Below, piece after piece: positions 31,763 through 39,738 of a DNA stretch of 64,000 bases. Each line of letters starts with the position of its first letter. Within the stretch, counting starts at the first letter, position 1. Source of the stretch: Trueperaceae bacterium (lineage in GTDB: Bacteria; Deinococcota; Deinococci; Deinococcales; Trueperaceae); assembly GCA_040905465.1 (NCBI GenBank), contig JBBDRK010000049.1:192246-256245 (forward strand), given 5' to 3'. The notes below the pieces were generated by a model. It had not been told where the DNA came from, did no database searches, and worked only from the letters and a program-made list of their open reading frames with translations. The position numbers and the translations under genes were made by a program.

Positions 31763-31791
31763 ACAATAAGCCCGGTTCTGCAACCTGTCAA
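31763..31791 (-). promoter_or_regulatory. Sigma70 promoter of the afu/iol operon
   Basis: Minus strand TTGACA (31791-31786), 17 nt, TATTGT (31768-31763). Confidence 0.7.
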
Positions 31792-31945
31792 CAAAGCGTC
31801 GTCGTCGGTTGCTAAACCTCGGTCGGCGTTACCCGAGCGCTCGCAGCGCGGATGGTCGAAAGGCGAGACCTCGACGCTCGACAGGCCGACGCTCGAGCGG
31901 TAAGGGCTCGAGCCGGTGACATCGGCGGCCGGCGACCGCGGTACG

Positions 31946-32968
31946 TCATTCCGGAATCCCGGCGGGACCGAACTCCGAGACAGCCACCGTCTCGCCGCTT
32001 CGCAGCGCGTGCTGGGCGGCGAAGGCAAGCCGCAGGCTGAGCCAGGCGTCGAGCGGATCGGGCGACAGCTCGGCGCCGGAGCGTACCCGTGCCACGAACT
32101 CCGCGAGCTCGAGCCGGTAGGCCTGCTCGAATCGTTCCTCGAAGTTGCGCGGTCGGTCGAAAGAACCTCCCTGCTCGCCGTACACGAGCAGGTCGGGCCG
32201 CCGGTCGGTCTCGATGAGCAGCCTGCCGCGCTCACCCAGCACCTCGGCGCGGATTTCGTAGCCGTAGACGGTGCGCAGCGCAACCTCGAGGGTGCCTACC
32301 GCGCCGTTCTCGAACCTCAGGGTCGCCACCGCCGTGTCGACCAGCCCGTGCTCTGCCAGTTCCGGGACCGCCAGGGCCCCGCCCACGGCGTGTACCGACG
32401 CGACCTCGCCGACCAGGAAGCGGGCGCTGTCCAGGTCATGGATTCCCATGTCTACCAGCAGGTCTCCGCTTCCCAGGAGGTAGTCGAGCGGCGGCGGAGA
32501 CGGGTCGCGCCCCACGGCACGGAACCCCTCGAGCCGCCCCAGCTCGCCGGCGTCGATGCGTCTGCGCGCTTCGACATACGGGGGATCGAAGCGGCGTTGA
32601 AAGCCGACTTGCCCCGGTGTCCCGTATCGCCTCACGGCCTCGACCACCCGCCAGCCGGCCTCGAGGTCGGCGGCGAGCGGTTTCTCCAGGAAGAACGGTT
32701 TGCCGGCGGCAGCGGCCGCTTCCGCCAGCGGGGCGTGACTCGGCGCCTGGGTGGCAATAACCACCGCGTCGATGTCGGGGTCGTGGAGCGCCGTCTCGGG
32801 ATCATTCGCCGCGGCCGCCCCGAGTGACTGGGCGACCTGCTCGGCCCGCTCGAGACTGCGGTCCACGACGAGCACCAGTCGGCACTCCGGAATGGCGGCC
32901 AGCCTCCGTGCGTGGGAAGCGCCGATCCTGCCCGCTCCGATCAACGCAACGCTCAACCGTTTCGGCAT
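31946..32968 (-). CDS. Second inositol dehydrogenase-like Gfo/Idh/MocA oxidoreductase
   Basis: GAGRIG, LEKP, GFQRRFDP, DMGIHDLD. TAGTGT 5 nt before the ATG (leaderless). Confidence 0.85.
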   Translation of the reverse strand: MPKRLSVALIGAGRIGASHARRLAAIPECRLVLVVDRSLERAEQVAQSLGAAAANDPETALHDPDIDAVVIATQAPSHAPLAEAAAAAGKPFFLEKPLAADLEAGWRVVEAVRRYGTPGQVGFQRRFDPPYVEARRRIDAGELGRLEGFRAVGRDPSPPPLDYLLGSGDLLVDMGIHDLDSARFLVGEVASVHAVGGALAVPELAEHGLVDTAVATLRFENGAVGTLEVALRTVYGYEIRAEVLGERGRLLIETDRRPDLLVYGEQGGSFDRPRNFEERFEQAYRLELAEFVARVRSGAELSPDPLDAWLSLRLAFAAQHALRSGETVAVSEFGPAGIPE

Positions 32969-33220
32969 GACCCACACTACCGCGACACCGCAGACGCCAC
33001 TGCGTCAGGCCGGCGGCATTTTCGCTGTAGAGTTGCCGTGGAACACATATCCGGCCGGGCAGGCGGATTCGTTCGCATTGCGACGAGCGCTTGCCGGAAA
33101 AGCACGTCCGCCTCGCGCCAGGTGGAGCGGAAGTTGTCGGTCGACCAGGCCCTGACAACGCCCCGCTGTCACTTCGGAAGGAACGATTCCCGGTCGCCGG
33201 GAGATGGGAAAGGACAGACA

Positions 33221-34510
33221 ATGAAGAGACTCTCGCTGCTGATCCTAGCCGCCTTGCTGCTCGCTTCGGCCGTCGGCCAGAACCGACCGACACTCCGCTA
33301 CTTCTCCTGGAACCCTACCGTCACCGAGATCGAGGAGCCGCTCATCGAACAGTTCGAGGAGCGTCACGGGGTCGATGTGCAAGTCGAGGCCCTGCCGCCG
33401 GACCAGTACTGGCCGAGGATGAGCGCACTGGCAGCAGCCGGCCAGCTCCCCGACGTCTACTACATGTCGAGCGGCTTCATAGACACCTGGCAGTCCGACG
33501 GCCTCCAGGCCAACCTGCAGCCGTTCGTCGACGAGACCGACCTCGAGGAGTACTACTCCGGGGTGCTCTCCACGGCGCGCTTCCCCGACAAGCAGGATGG
33601 CGACGTTTATGCCTGGCCGATCAACTGGGTAGGCGCGGTCCTGTTCTACAACATGGACGCGTTCGACGCGGCCGGTGTTTCCTATCCCGACGACGACTGG
33701 ACCTGGGACGAGTTCCTGGAGGCCGCCCGCGCAACCACCGTTGACGACAACGGCGACGGACGGGTCGACCAGTACGGTTTCTGGCTGTACGGCCGCTACG
33801 CCCAGATCGAGCCGTGGGTTTTCCAGAACGGCGGCTCGCTGCTGAACGAGGCGCGCACCCGGGTCGATCCGGACGAGGGAGCCCGCGAGGCCCTCCGGTT
33901 CCTTAGCGACCTCACCAACGTGCACGAGGTAGCGCCCAAGCCTAGCGATATGGAAGGTGTTCGGCAGCAGGACGTATTTCCTCTAGGCATGGCAGCCATG
34001 TGGGTAGACGGCACGTGGAATATCGAGAACAACCGCGACATCACGGGAGATTCCTTTCGCTGGGGCATCACCAAGGTGCCGCGCGGTCCCCAGGGCAGCG
34101 AGGACATCGCCTATACCTGGCCCGACATGCTCGCCATCAGCCCCACCTCGCAAAACAGCGAGCTCGCCTGGGAACTGGTCAAGTTCCTTACCGGACCGGA
34201 GCGCCCCGCCAGCCTCTACCTCGGCGGAACCGTTCCCTTCTACCGCGCCACGGCCGAGTCCGAGGAGTGGCTCGAACGCGACAATCAGCCCGCCAACAAG
34301 GAGGTCATCCTCGAACTGGGCGGCCTTCCCAGCCGCACGAGCTTCACGCCCAGCTGGGGCGACTGGCGCGGCTACGCTGCCGCCGAAGGCAGCGGAATGA
34401 ACGGCGAGCTCGACCAGGTCTTCAATGGCGAGCAGGACATCGACGCGGCTATCGACGGTTTCGTCGAATACGGCAACCAGGTACTCTCGCGGGTCTACCC
34501 AACCCCCTGA
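33221..34510 (+). CDS. Carbohydrate ABC substrate-binding protein (family 1)
   Basis: AAGGA RBS, signal peptide, PDV, LFYNMDAFDAAG, WTWDEF. Confidence 0.9.
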   Translation: MKRLSLLILAALLLASAVGQNRPTLRYFSWNPTVTEIEEPLIEQFEERHGVDVQVEALPPDQYWPRMSALAAAGQLPDVYYMSSGFIDTWQSDGLQANLQPFVDETDLEEYYSGVLSTARFPDKQDGDVYAWPINWVGAVLFYNMDAFDAAGVSYPDDDWTWDEFLEAARATTVDDNGDGRVDQYGFWLYGRYAQIEPWVFQNGGSLLNEARTRVDPDEGAREALRFLSDLTNVHEVAPKPSDMEGVRQQDVFPLGMAAMWVDGTWNIENNRDITGDSFRWGITKVPRGPQGSEDIAYTWPDMLAISPTSQNSELAWELVKFLTGPERPASLYLGGTVPFYRATAESEEWLERDNQPANKEVILELGGLPSRTSFTPSWGDWRGYAAAEGSGMNGELDQVFNGEQDIDAAIDGFVEYGNQVLSRVYPTP

Positions 34511-34529
34511 GTCCTTCCGCCACCGTACT

Positions 34530-34559
34530 TGAGGGACGCGCAGCGTGGCGTGTCCCTCA
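34530..34559 (+). terminator. Intercistronic hairpin after SBP gene
   Basis: tgagggacgcgc-6 nt-gcgtgtccctca. Confidence 0.55.
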
Positions 34560-34576
34560 CCCCTGAGGTCCGGCTC

Positions 34577-35446
34577 GTGCGCTATCGGCCGTACGTTCCA
34601 TATCTGTTCATCGCCCCGATGCTATTGGGGCTGATACTGTTTCGCCTCGGCCCGATGCTCGTTTCACTGGCCGCAAGCTTCACCGACTGGAACATCATCT
34701 CCGCGCCCACCTGGCTGGGCTTGCGAAACTATCGCGAGATGCTGTCCAGTGCCGCTTTCTGGGAGGTGCTGGGAAACACCTCGCTCTATGCACTGTTCTA
34801 TGTGCCGGGCGTCATGATCCTGGGGCTCGCCCTGGCGGTGCTGGTCAATCAACGACTGCCGGGCAGCACGTTCTTTCGCGGGTTTTTCTTTCTGCCCTAC
34901 ATCACCTCGACGGTAGCGGTGGCGCTGGTATGGAAGTGGATCTTCGCCACCCGATTCGGATTGCTCAACGCACTCCTGCACGCCGTCGGCGTCGATGATC
35001 CGCCCTCGTGGCTGGGGGACGCCGATTACGCGCTCGTCTCGGTGGCCGTCGTAGCGGTTTGGCAGCACGCCGGCTTCCAGATGCTGCTCTTTCTGGCGGG
35101 ACTGCAGAACATCGACGATGGCCTCAGGGAAGCGGCACGCATCGACGGCGCCACCGAGTTCCAGATCTTCCGCCGCATAACGCTGCCCCTCCTGTCGCCG
35201 GTGACGTTTTTCATCCTGATCATCTCGCTGATCGCCTCGTCTCAGACCTTCGAGGTGACCTATGCCCTCACCGGAGGCGGTCCGCAACGCGCCTCCACCA
35301 CCCTTGCCTTCTACATCTACCAGAACGCCTTCGTGCACTTCCGCATGGGCTACGCGAGCGCCCTGGCTTACGTGCTGCTTACCCTGGTCGGCACGATAAC
35401 GCTGGTCAACTTCGCACTGCGGCGAAGATGGGTGTCCTATGGCTGA
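34577..35446 (+). CDS. Carbohydrate ABC permease (MalF-like)
   Basis: GLRNY, EAARIDGA, GGP. GTG start after the hairpin. Confidence 0.92.
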   Translation: MRYRPYVPYLFIAPMLLGLILFRLGPMLVSLAASFTDWNIISAPTWLGLRNYREMLSSAAFWEVLGNTSLYALFYVPGVMILGLALAVLVNQRLPGSTFFRGFFFLPYITSTVAVALVWKWIFATRFGLLNALLHAVGVDDPPSWLGDADYALVSVAVVAVWQHAGFQMLLFLAGLQNIDDGLREAARIDGATEFQIFRRITLPLLSPVTFFILIISLIASSQTFEVTYALTGGGPQRASTTLAFYIYQNAFVHFRMGYASALAYVLLTLVGTITLVNFALRRRWVSYG

Positions 35447-36332
35447 CGTAGCCGCGCCTCTCCGGACGCGGGCGACCGTGCGGCACCGGGACAAGGGCAT
35501 GCGCAAAGCGCGGCGCGGCCTCGTCGTCTACCTGTTCCTGTTCGCCTACGCCGTCATCACCCTGGTCCCGTTCGCATGGATGGTGCTCACCTCGTTCAAG
35601 GAGCCGGGCGACGTGTTCCGCGTCCCACCCACCGTCAGCCCCACCCTCCTGTACGGTGAAGAGCCGTTCCAGAACTACCGCGAGGTGCTCACCCGCTACA
35701 GCTTCGCCCGCTATCTGCTCAACTCGCTGTTCGTCGCCGGAACCGCCGCGCTGGGCCAACTCGTCACCTGCTCGCTGGCCGGCTTCGCGTTCGCCCGCAT
35801 GCACTTCCGCGGCAAGAACATCCTCTTCGCGCTCGTGCTCGCTACCATGCTGGTGCCGACGGAGATAACCATAATTCCCGAGTTCCTCCTGATGGTTCGC
35901 CTCGGCTGGCTGGACACCTACCTGCCGCTGATCGTCCCGTCGCTGATGATCGGTGCGTTCGGCACCTTTCTCCTGACGGAGTTCTTCAAGACGGTGCCGC
36001 GCGAGCTCGAGGACGCCGCCGTCATCGACGGCGCCACCCCGTTCGGCGCCTACCTGCGGATCTTCCTGCCGTTGGCGGGGCCGGCGCTGGCGAGCCTCTT
36101 CGTAATCGCCTTCATCACCAACTGGAACGAACTGCTGCGGGCGGTGCTCTACATCTCGGACAGCGACCTGCGAACCCTGCCGCTGGGCCTGACCGCGCTC
36201 CAGGGCCAGTACGAGTCGCGCTGGACGCTGCTGATGGCAGGCGCCGTCGTCTCGGTGCTGCCCATGATCCTCGTTTACCTGGCGGCACAGAAGTACATCG
36301 TTCGCGGATTCGTCAGCTCGGGCCTGAAGTGA
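35439..36332 (+). CDS. Carbohydrate ABC permease (MalG-like)
   Basis: LEDAAVIDGA, WNE, QKYIVRG. Confidence 0.92.
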   Translation: MADVAAPLRTRATVRHRDKGMRKARRGLVVYLFLFAYAVITLVPFAWMVLTSFKEPGDVFRVPPTVSPTLLYGEEPFQNYREVLTRYSFARYLLNSLFVAGTAALGQLVTCSLAGFAFARMHFRGKNILFALVLATMLVPTEITIIPEFLLMVRLGWLDTYLPLIVPSLMIGAFGTFLLTEFFKTVPRELEDAAVIDGATPFGAYLRIFLPLAGPALASLFVIAFITNWNELLRAVLYISDSDLRTLPLGLTALQGQYESRWTLLMAGAVVSVLPMILVYLAAQKYIVRGFVSSGLK

Positions 36333-37732
36333 TCCGACGCCTGCGTGTCGAGGAACGCCGCTTCGGCTCAGGCGTCGCGCGCGTCGTCACCTTCGCCGCC
36401 GACGACGTCAGGCCGCGCTCGTTGAACATGCCGGCGAGGCTTCGCGCGGTCGAAGTGGCCGAGCAGCTCTGCGCACTTTACGGGGGCCGGTTCGTCACGT
36501 TGGCCCTGCCTCCTGCGCAACTGCGTGCAGCATCCGCAGCGAAGTCGTTGCGCTGGACGAAAGAGGGCGAAGAGCTCCTGTCGCTACGGTCACTTTTCGC
36601 CTACCACGCGGGGAACGCGTCGGAACCGGAGAGGTTCATGCGGTCGGCGCCCGCGGAATTGCTCGAGCTTTCGCGCAAAATCGCACGTCGCGGACTGCTT
36701 GCGCAGGCGGCTCGGGGCCAGGGCGACTCCGCTGCGTTCGTGCCGGTGGGAAGCCTGGGAGCGCCGCGGCGGGTAGGTCCGTTCCTCCGGCCGGCCATCG
36801 TGACCAACGCTCACTTCTTCGTAATCTTGCCTGGTGAGGTGGATTCGCACCATGTGCCGGTAGGCGAGGCAGTCGGTTTGACCGCCGCTTCCGGTGTTAT
36901 CGGCCGACCGCCCACCGCATCGCGATCGGTTTTGCTCCGCGCCCGAGACGGCTGGCGTGTAGAGAAGATCGGACTCGACAGACTGGTAGTCGTCCTGCCC
37001 GGCGGTCGCGAGCTTCACGGCTCCAGCGTCGGCGAACTCTACGTGCGCGGGCAGGAACTCCCCGGGGGCCGTACGCCCAGAGCGCCCGAGGCGTTCGAGG
37101 TGACGATAGTGGGCCGCTGGCCCGTTGGGGCGGCCCCAGGCGGCGGGCTCCGCGTTCCTCACGCAGCGCTTGTGGCCAGCTTGCACTCCCGCCGCGACTC
37201 GGTCGAGATCGCGGCACTTCGCCTCGGCGCGCCGGTGACTTATCGGATCGCCGGCGTCGACGACCTGGAGGTTGCCCTGCAGGCCGGGCCGCGCCTGCTG
37301 GCCGCCGGCAGGATCGCGTTGGAGGAGTCATCGTTCGCCGCCGAGGCGTTTTCTTCGAGCGGCGCCGGCGAGCCCACCATCCCGACCGTCTTCCCTGCCG
37401 ACGCGGGCCGTACCGCCGCCGCTCGCCTGGGCGTGGGCGTGAGCGCCTCCGGGGAGTTGCTGGTGGCCGCGGTCGAAGGGGAGTCGGCCTTGCACGGCCG
37501 AGAACGAGCTGGAGAGCCCGGCGGAGACGGTCGCGGCAGTGCCGGCTGCACCCTGCTCGAGCTTGCCGAGTTGCTCCTCGGGCTCGGAGCGCGCGAGGCA
37601 GTGAACCTCGATGGCGGCGGTTCGGTACAGGTAGTCGTCGGATCGGGCGCCCTGCTGCGATCGGCCGACTCCCGCGGCGTGCCCGGAGCTTCGTATGATA
37701 GGCCGGTGCCTACGGTGGCTTCGTTCACATGA
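36329..37732 (+). CDS. Phosphodiester glycosidase (NAGPA/DUF2233) family protein
   Basis: NAHFF, AGPRLL, ARLGVG, G.TL.ELA, AVNLDGGGS, RPV. No signal peptide. GTGA-coupled. Confidence 0.72.
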   Translation: MIRRLRVEERRFGSGVARVVTFAADDVRPRSLNMPARLRAVEVAEQLCALYGGRFVTLALPPAQLRAASAAKSLRWTKEGEELLSLRSLFAYHAGNASEPERFMRSAPAELLELSRKIARRGLLAQAARGQGDSAAFVPVGSLGAPRRVGPFLRPAIVTNAHFFVILPGEVDSHHVPVGEAVGLTAASGVIGRPPTASRSVLLRARDGWRVEKIGLDRLVVVLPGGRELHGSSVGELYVRGQELPGGRTPRAPEAFEVTIVGRWPVGAAPGGGLRVPHAALVASLHSRRDSVEIAALRLGAPVTYRIAGVDDLEVALQAGPRLLAAGRIALEESSFAAEAFSSSGAGEPTIPTVFPADAGRTAAARLGVGVSASGELLVAAVEGESALHGRERAGEPGGDGRGSAGCTLLELAELLLGLGAREAVNLDGGGSVQVVVGSGALLRSADSRGVPGASYDRPVPTVASFT

Positions 37733-38532
37733 GCAGGGCGGTCTCGTTCGACCTCGACGGTGTCGTCATGGACAACCCCTTTGCAACCTGTGTGCTGCCC
37801 AGGATCAGGTTGCTCGTCCGCGGCGGTTCCCGGCTCTCCGAACTCCCTTGTGAGCAGGCCGACGAGCTGATCGACGCCGCCATCTACGAGCAGTGGGCGG
37901 GCCGCATGGCGCGCGGCGAAACGGTAGCCGCCTTCGACTGGGACTCGATCTACAACATCGTCAGCCGCAACTTTGGGGGGCCGCTAATGCCGAGCGTGGC
38001 CGGTCTGGTCGAGGAGTGCTGCCGGCCGGATTGTATTCGGCTGCTGGCCGGAGTTCACGAGGGAATCGAACTGTTGAGGCAGGCCGGCTACCGGACGCTT
38101 GCCTTGACCAACGGTTACAGCCACTACCAGGCCCCGGTGCTCGCGGCTCTGGGGGTGAGCGAGCTCTTCGACCAACTGGTGGCACCCAACGACGTCGACT
38201 CTGCCAAGCCGGATCTCGCCATCTTCCGTGCCGTGCCGGGACTGGCGGCCCATGTGGGCGATACCTTGTATGCCGATGTCCTGGGGGCCAGGCAGGCAGG
38301 GTTGATGGCCGTCTGGCTCGCCGGCACGGTTCCACCGAAGTTGCGGGCGCTCACCCCGGTCGAACGGCTGCGTGATCCCGGCTTCGCCGCATTTCTGGCC
38401 GAGCGCCTGAACCTCGACCCGCACCGCGAGTGGTACAGCGAGGCCACGCCCGATCTCCTCCAGTGCCACGCCGTGGCGCAAGACGTAAAGGAGGCCGCGG
38501 AGGCCGTGATCGAGGTTTTGGGTCCGGCCTAG
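37729..38532 (+). CDS. HAD-superfamily hydrolase (IA)
   Basis: FDLDG, LTN, KPD, HVGDTLYADVLGA. Confidence 0.87.
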   Translation: MSRAVSFDLDGVVMDNPFATCVLPRIRLLVRGGSRLSELPCEQADELIDAAIYEQWAGRMARGETVAAFDWDSIYNIVSRNFGGPLMPSVAGLVEECCRPDCIRLLAGVHEGIELLRQAGYRTLALTNGYSHYQAPVLAALGVSELFDQLVAPNDVDSAKPDLAIFRAVPGLAAHVGDTLYADVLGARQAGLMAVWLAGTVPPKLRALTPVERLRDPGFAAFLAERLNLDPHREWYSEATPDLLQCHAVAQDVKEAAEAVIEVLGPA

Positions 38533-38728
38533 CTCGTCTCGCAGCGTTTGCCGTCAGGCGATGCGCGATTCCTTGTGCTACCATGTCTCCAGCAAAACAG
38601 GTTGAATGCGTGACGGCAGTACCTCCAGGTGTCGCGGCTCAGGTTGCGCTACCGGGACTCGAGGCGCCGGCTTTCCGATGCGGTCCCGGCCCTGTGCCTG
38701 GTCCTTCCGCCGTTCACCAGCAGGCCTA

Positions 38729-38742
38729 TCGAACCGGTTCGA
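38729..38742. promoter_or_regulatory. LacI-type palindromic operator
   Basis: Perfect 14-bp palindrome TCGAACCGGTTCGA with central CG, directly upstream of the LacI RBS. Confidence 0.7.
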
Positions 38743-38754
38743 AAGGAGCAGTCG

Positions 38755-39738
38755 GTGGCAACCATCAGAGACATCGCCAGGCGGGCGCAGGTGTCGGTGT
38801 CGACTGTTTCGCTGGCTCTGAACGACGACGGCAGGGTCCGTCCGGAAACCCGGCAGCGAGTCCTGGAGGTGATGCGCCGCCTCGACTACCGACCCTCGCG
38901 CTCGGCGCGCAGCCTTTCGAGCGGCCTGGCCTACAGCATTCACCTGCTCGACCCGCTGGGTGGGCAGGCGCTCACCAGCGGCTTCCTCACGCGCTTCGTG
39001 CGCGGCCTGCACGACTCCGCCCGGGAGCGCTCCTACACCGTCGCATTCTCGATCGTCAACGATGAGCGGGAGGCGGCCGAGCACACCAAGACGCTCATCA
39101 GCGAACGCTGGACCGACGGGATCGTTCTGCTGAACCCGAGCGACAACTCGGCGCTTCTGGACCTGATCGCCGCGCGGGCGTTCCCCTACGTGGTGCTGGG
39201 GCGCGAGCCGGAAGGGCGCGGCCTCAGCGTCGACAACGACAACCACCAGGTGGGCTACGACGCCGCCCGCCACCTTATCGCTGCCGGTCGCAGCAACCTC
39301 GCCTTCGTCAACGGCGCCCACGCGCAGACCTTCGCCCGCGACCGCGCCGGTGGCTTCCTCAGTGCCGTCAACGAGTACGGGGTGACCGGTGAGGTGCACT
39401 ACAATGACGGCACGCCCGAAGCGGCGGCCGAGTTGGCGCTGCAGGCGCACCGCAACGGTTGCGACGGCCTGCTCGCCGCCAGCGACCCCCAGGCCGTGGC
39501 CGCGCTGCGCTCCCTGCTGAGCGCCGGGGCGAGCGTGCCCGATGGCGTTTCCCTGATGGGCATGAACAACGATGCGCTGGGAGAGTATGTCGATCCGCCC
39601 CTCACCAGCATGGACCTGAGCGCTTATCGGCTCGGCCTCGAAGCCGCGGCGCTGCTGCTCGAGCGGGTTGAGAATCCCGACCTGCAAAACGAGCGACGCC
39701 TGGTCCCCCACGCAATTACCGTCCGGGAGTCCGCATGA
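38755..39738 (+). CDS. LacI family transcriptional regulator
   Basis: TIRDIARRAQVSVSTVS HTH, ARSL hinge, periplasmic-type sugar-binding domain, PPLTS. Confidence 0.95.
   Translation: MATIRDIARRAQVSVSTVSLALNDDGRVRPETRQRVLEVMRRLDYRPSRSARSLSSGLAYSIHLLDPLGGQALTSGFLTRFVRGLHDSARERSYTVAFSIVNDEREAAEHTKTLISERWTDGIVLLNPSDNSALLDLIAARAFPYVVLGREPEGRGLSVDNDNHQVGYDAARHLIAAGRSNLAFVNGAHAQTFARDRAGGFLSAVNEYGVTGEVHYNDGTPEAAAELALQAHRNGCDGLLAASDPQAVAALRSLLSAGASVPDGVSLMGMNNDALGEYVDPPLTSMDLSAYRLGLEAAALLLERVENPDLQNERRLVPHAITVRESA

Noticed and set aside
33176-33190. GGAA-N7-TTCC as an IolR (RpiR-type) site
   Set aside because: A single short match that is not repeated at the iol promoter, and no such regulator is in the window.
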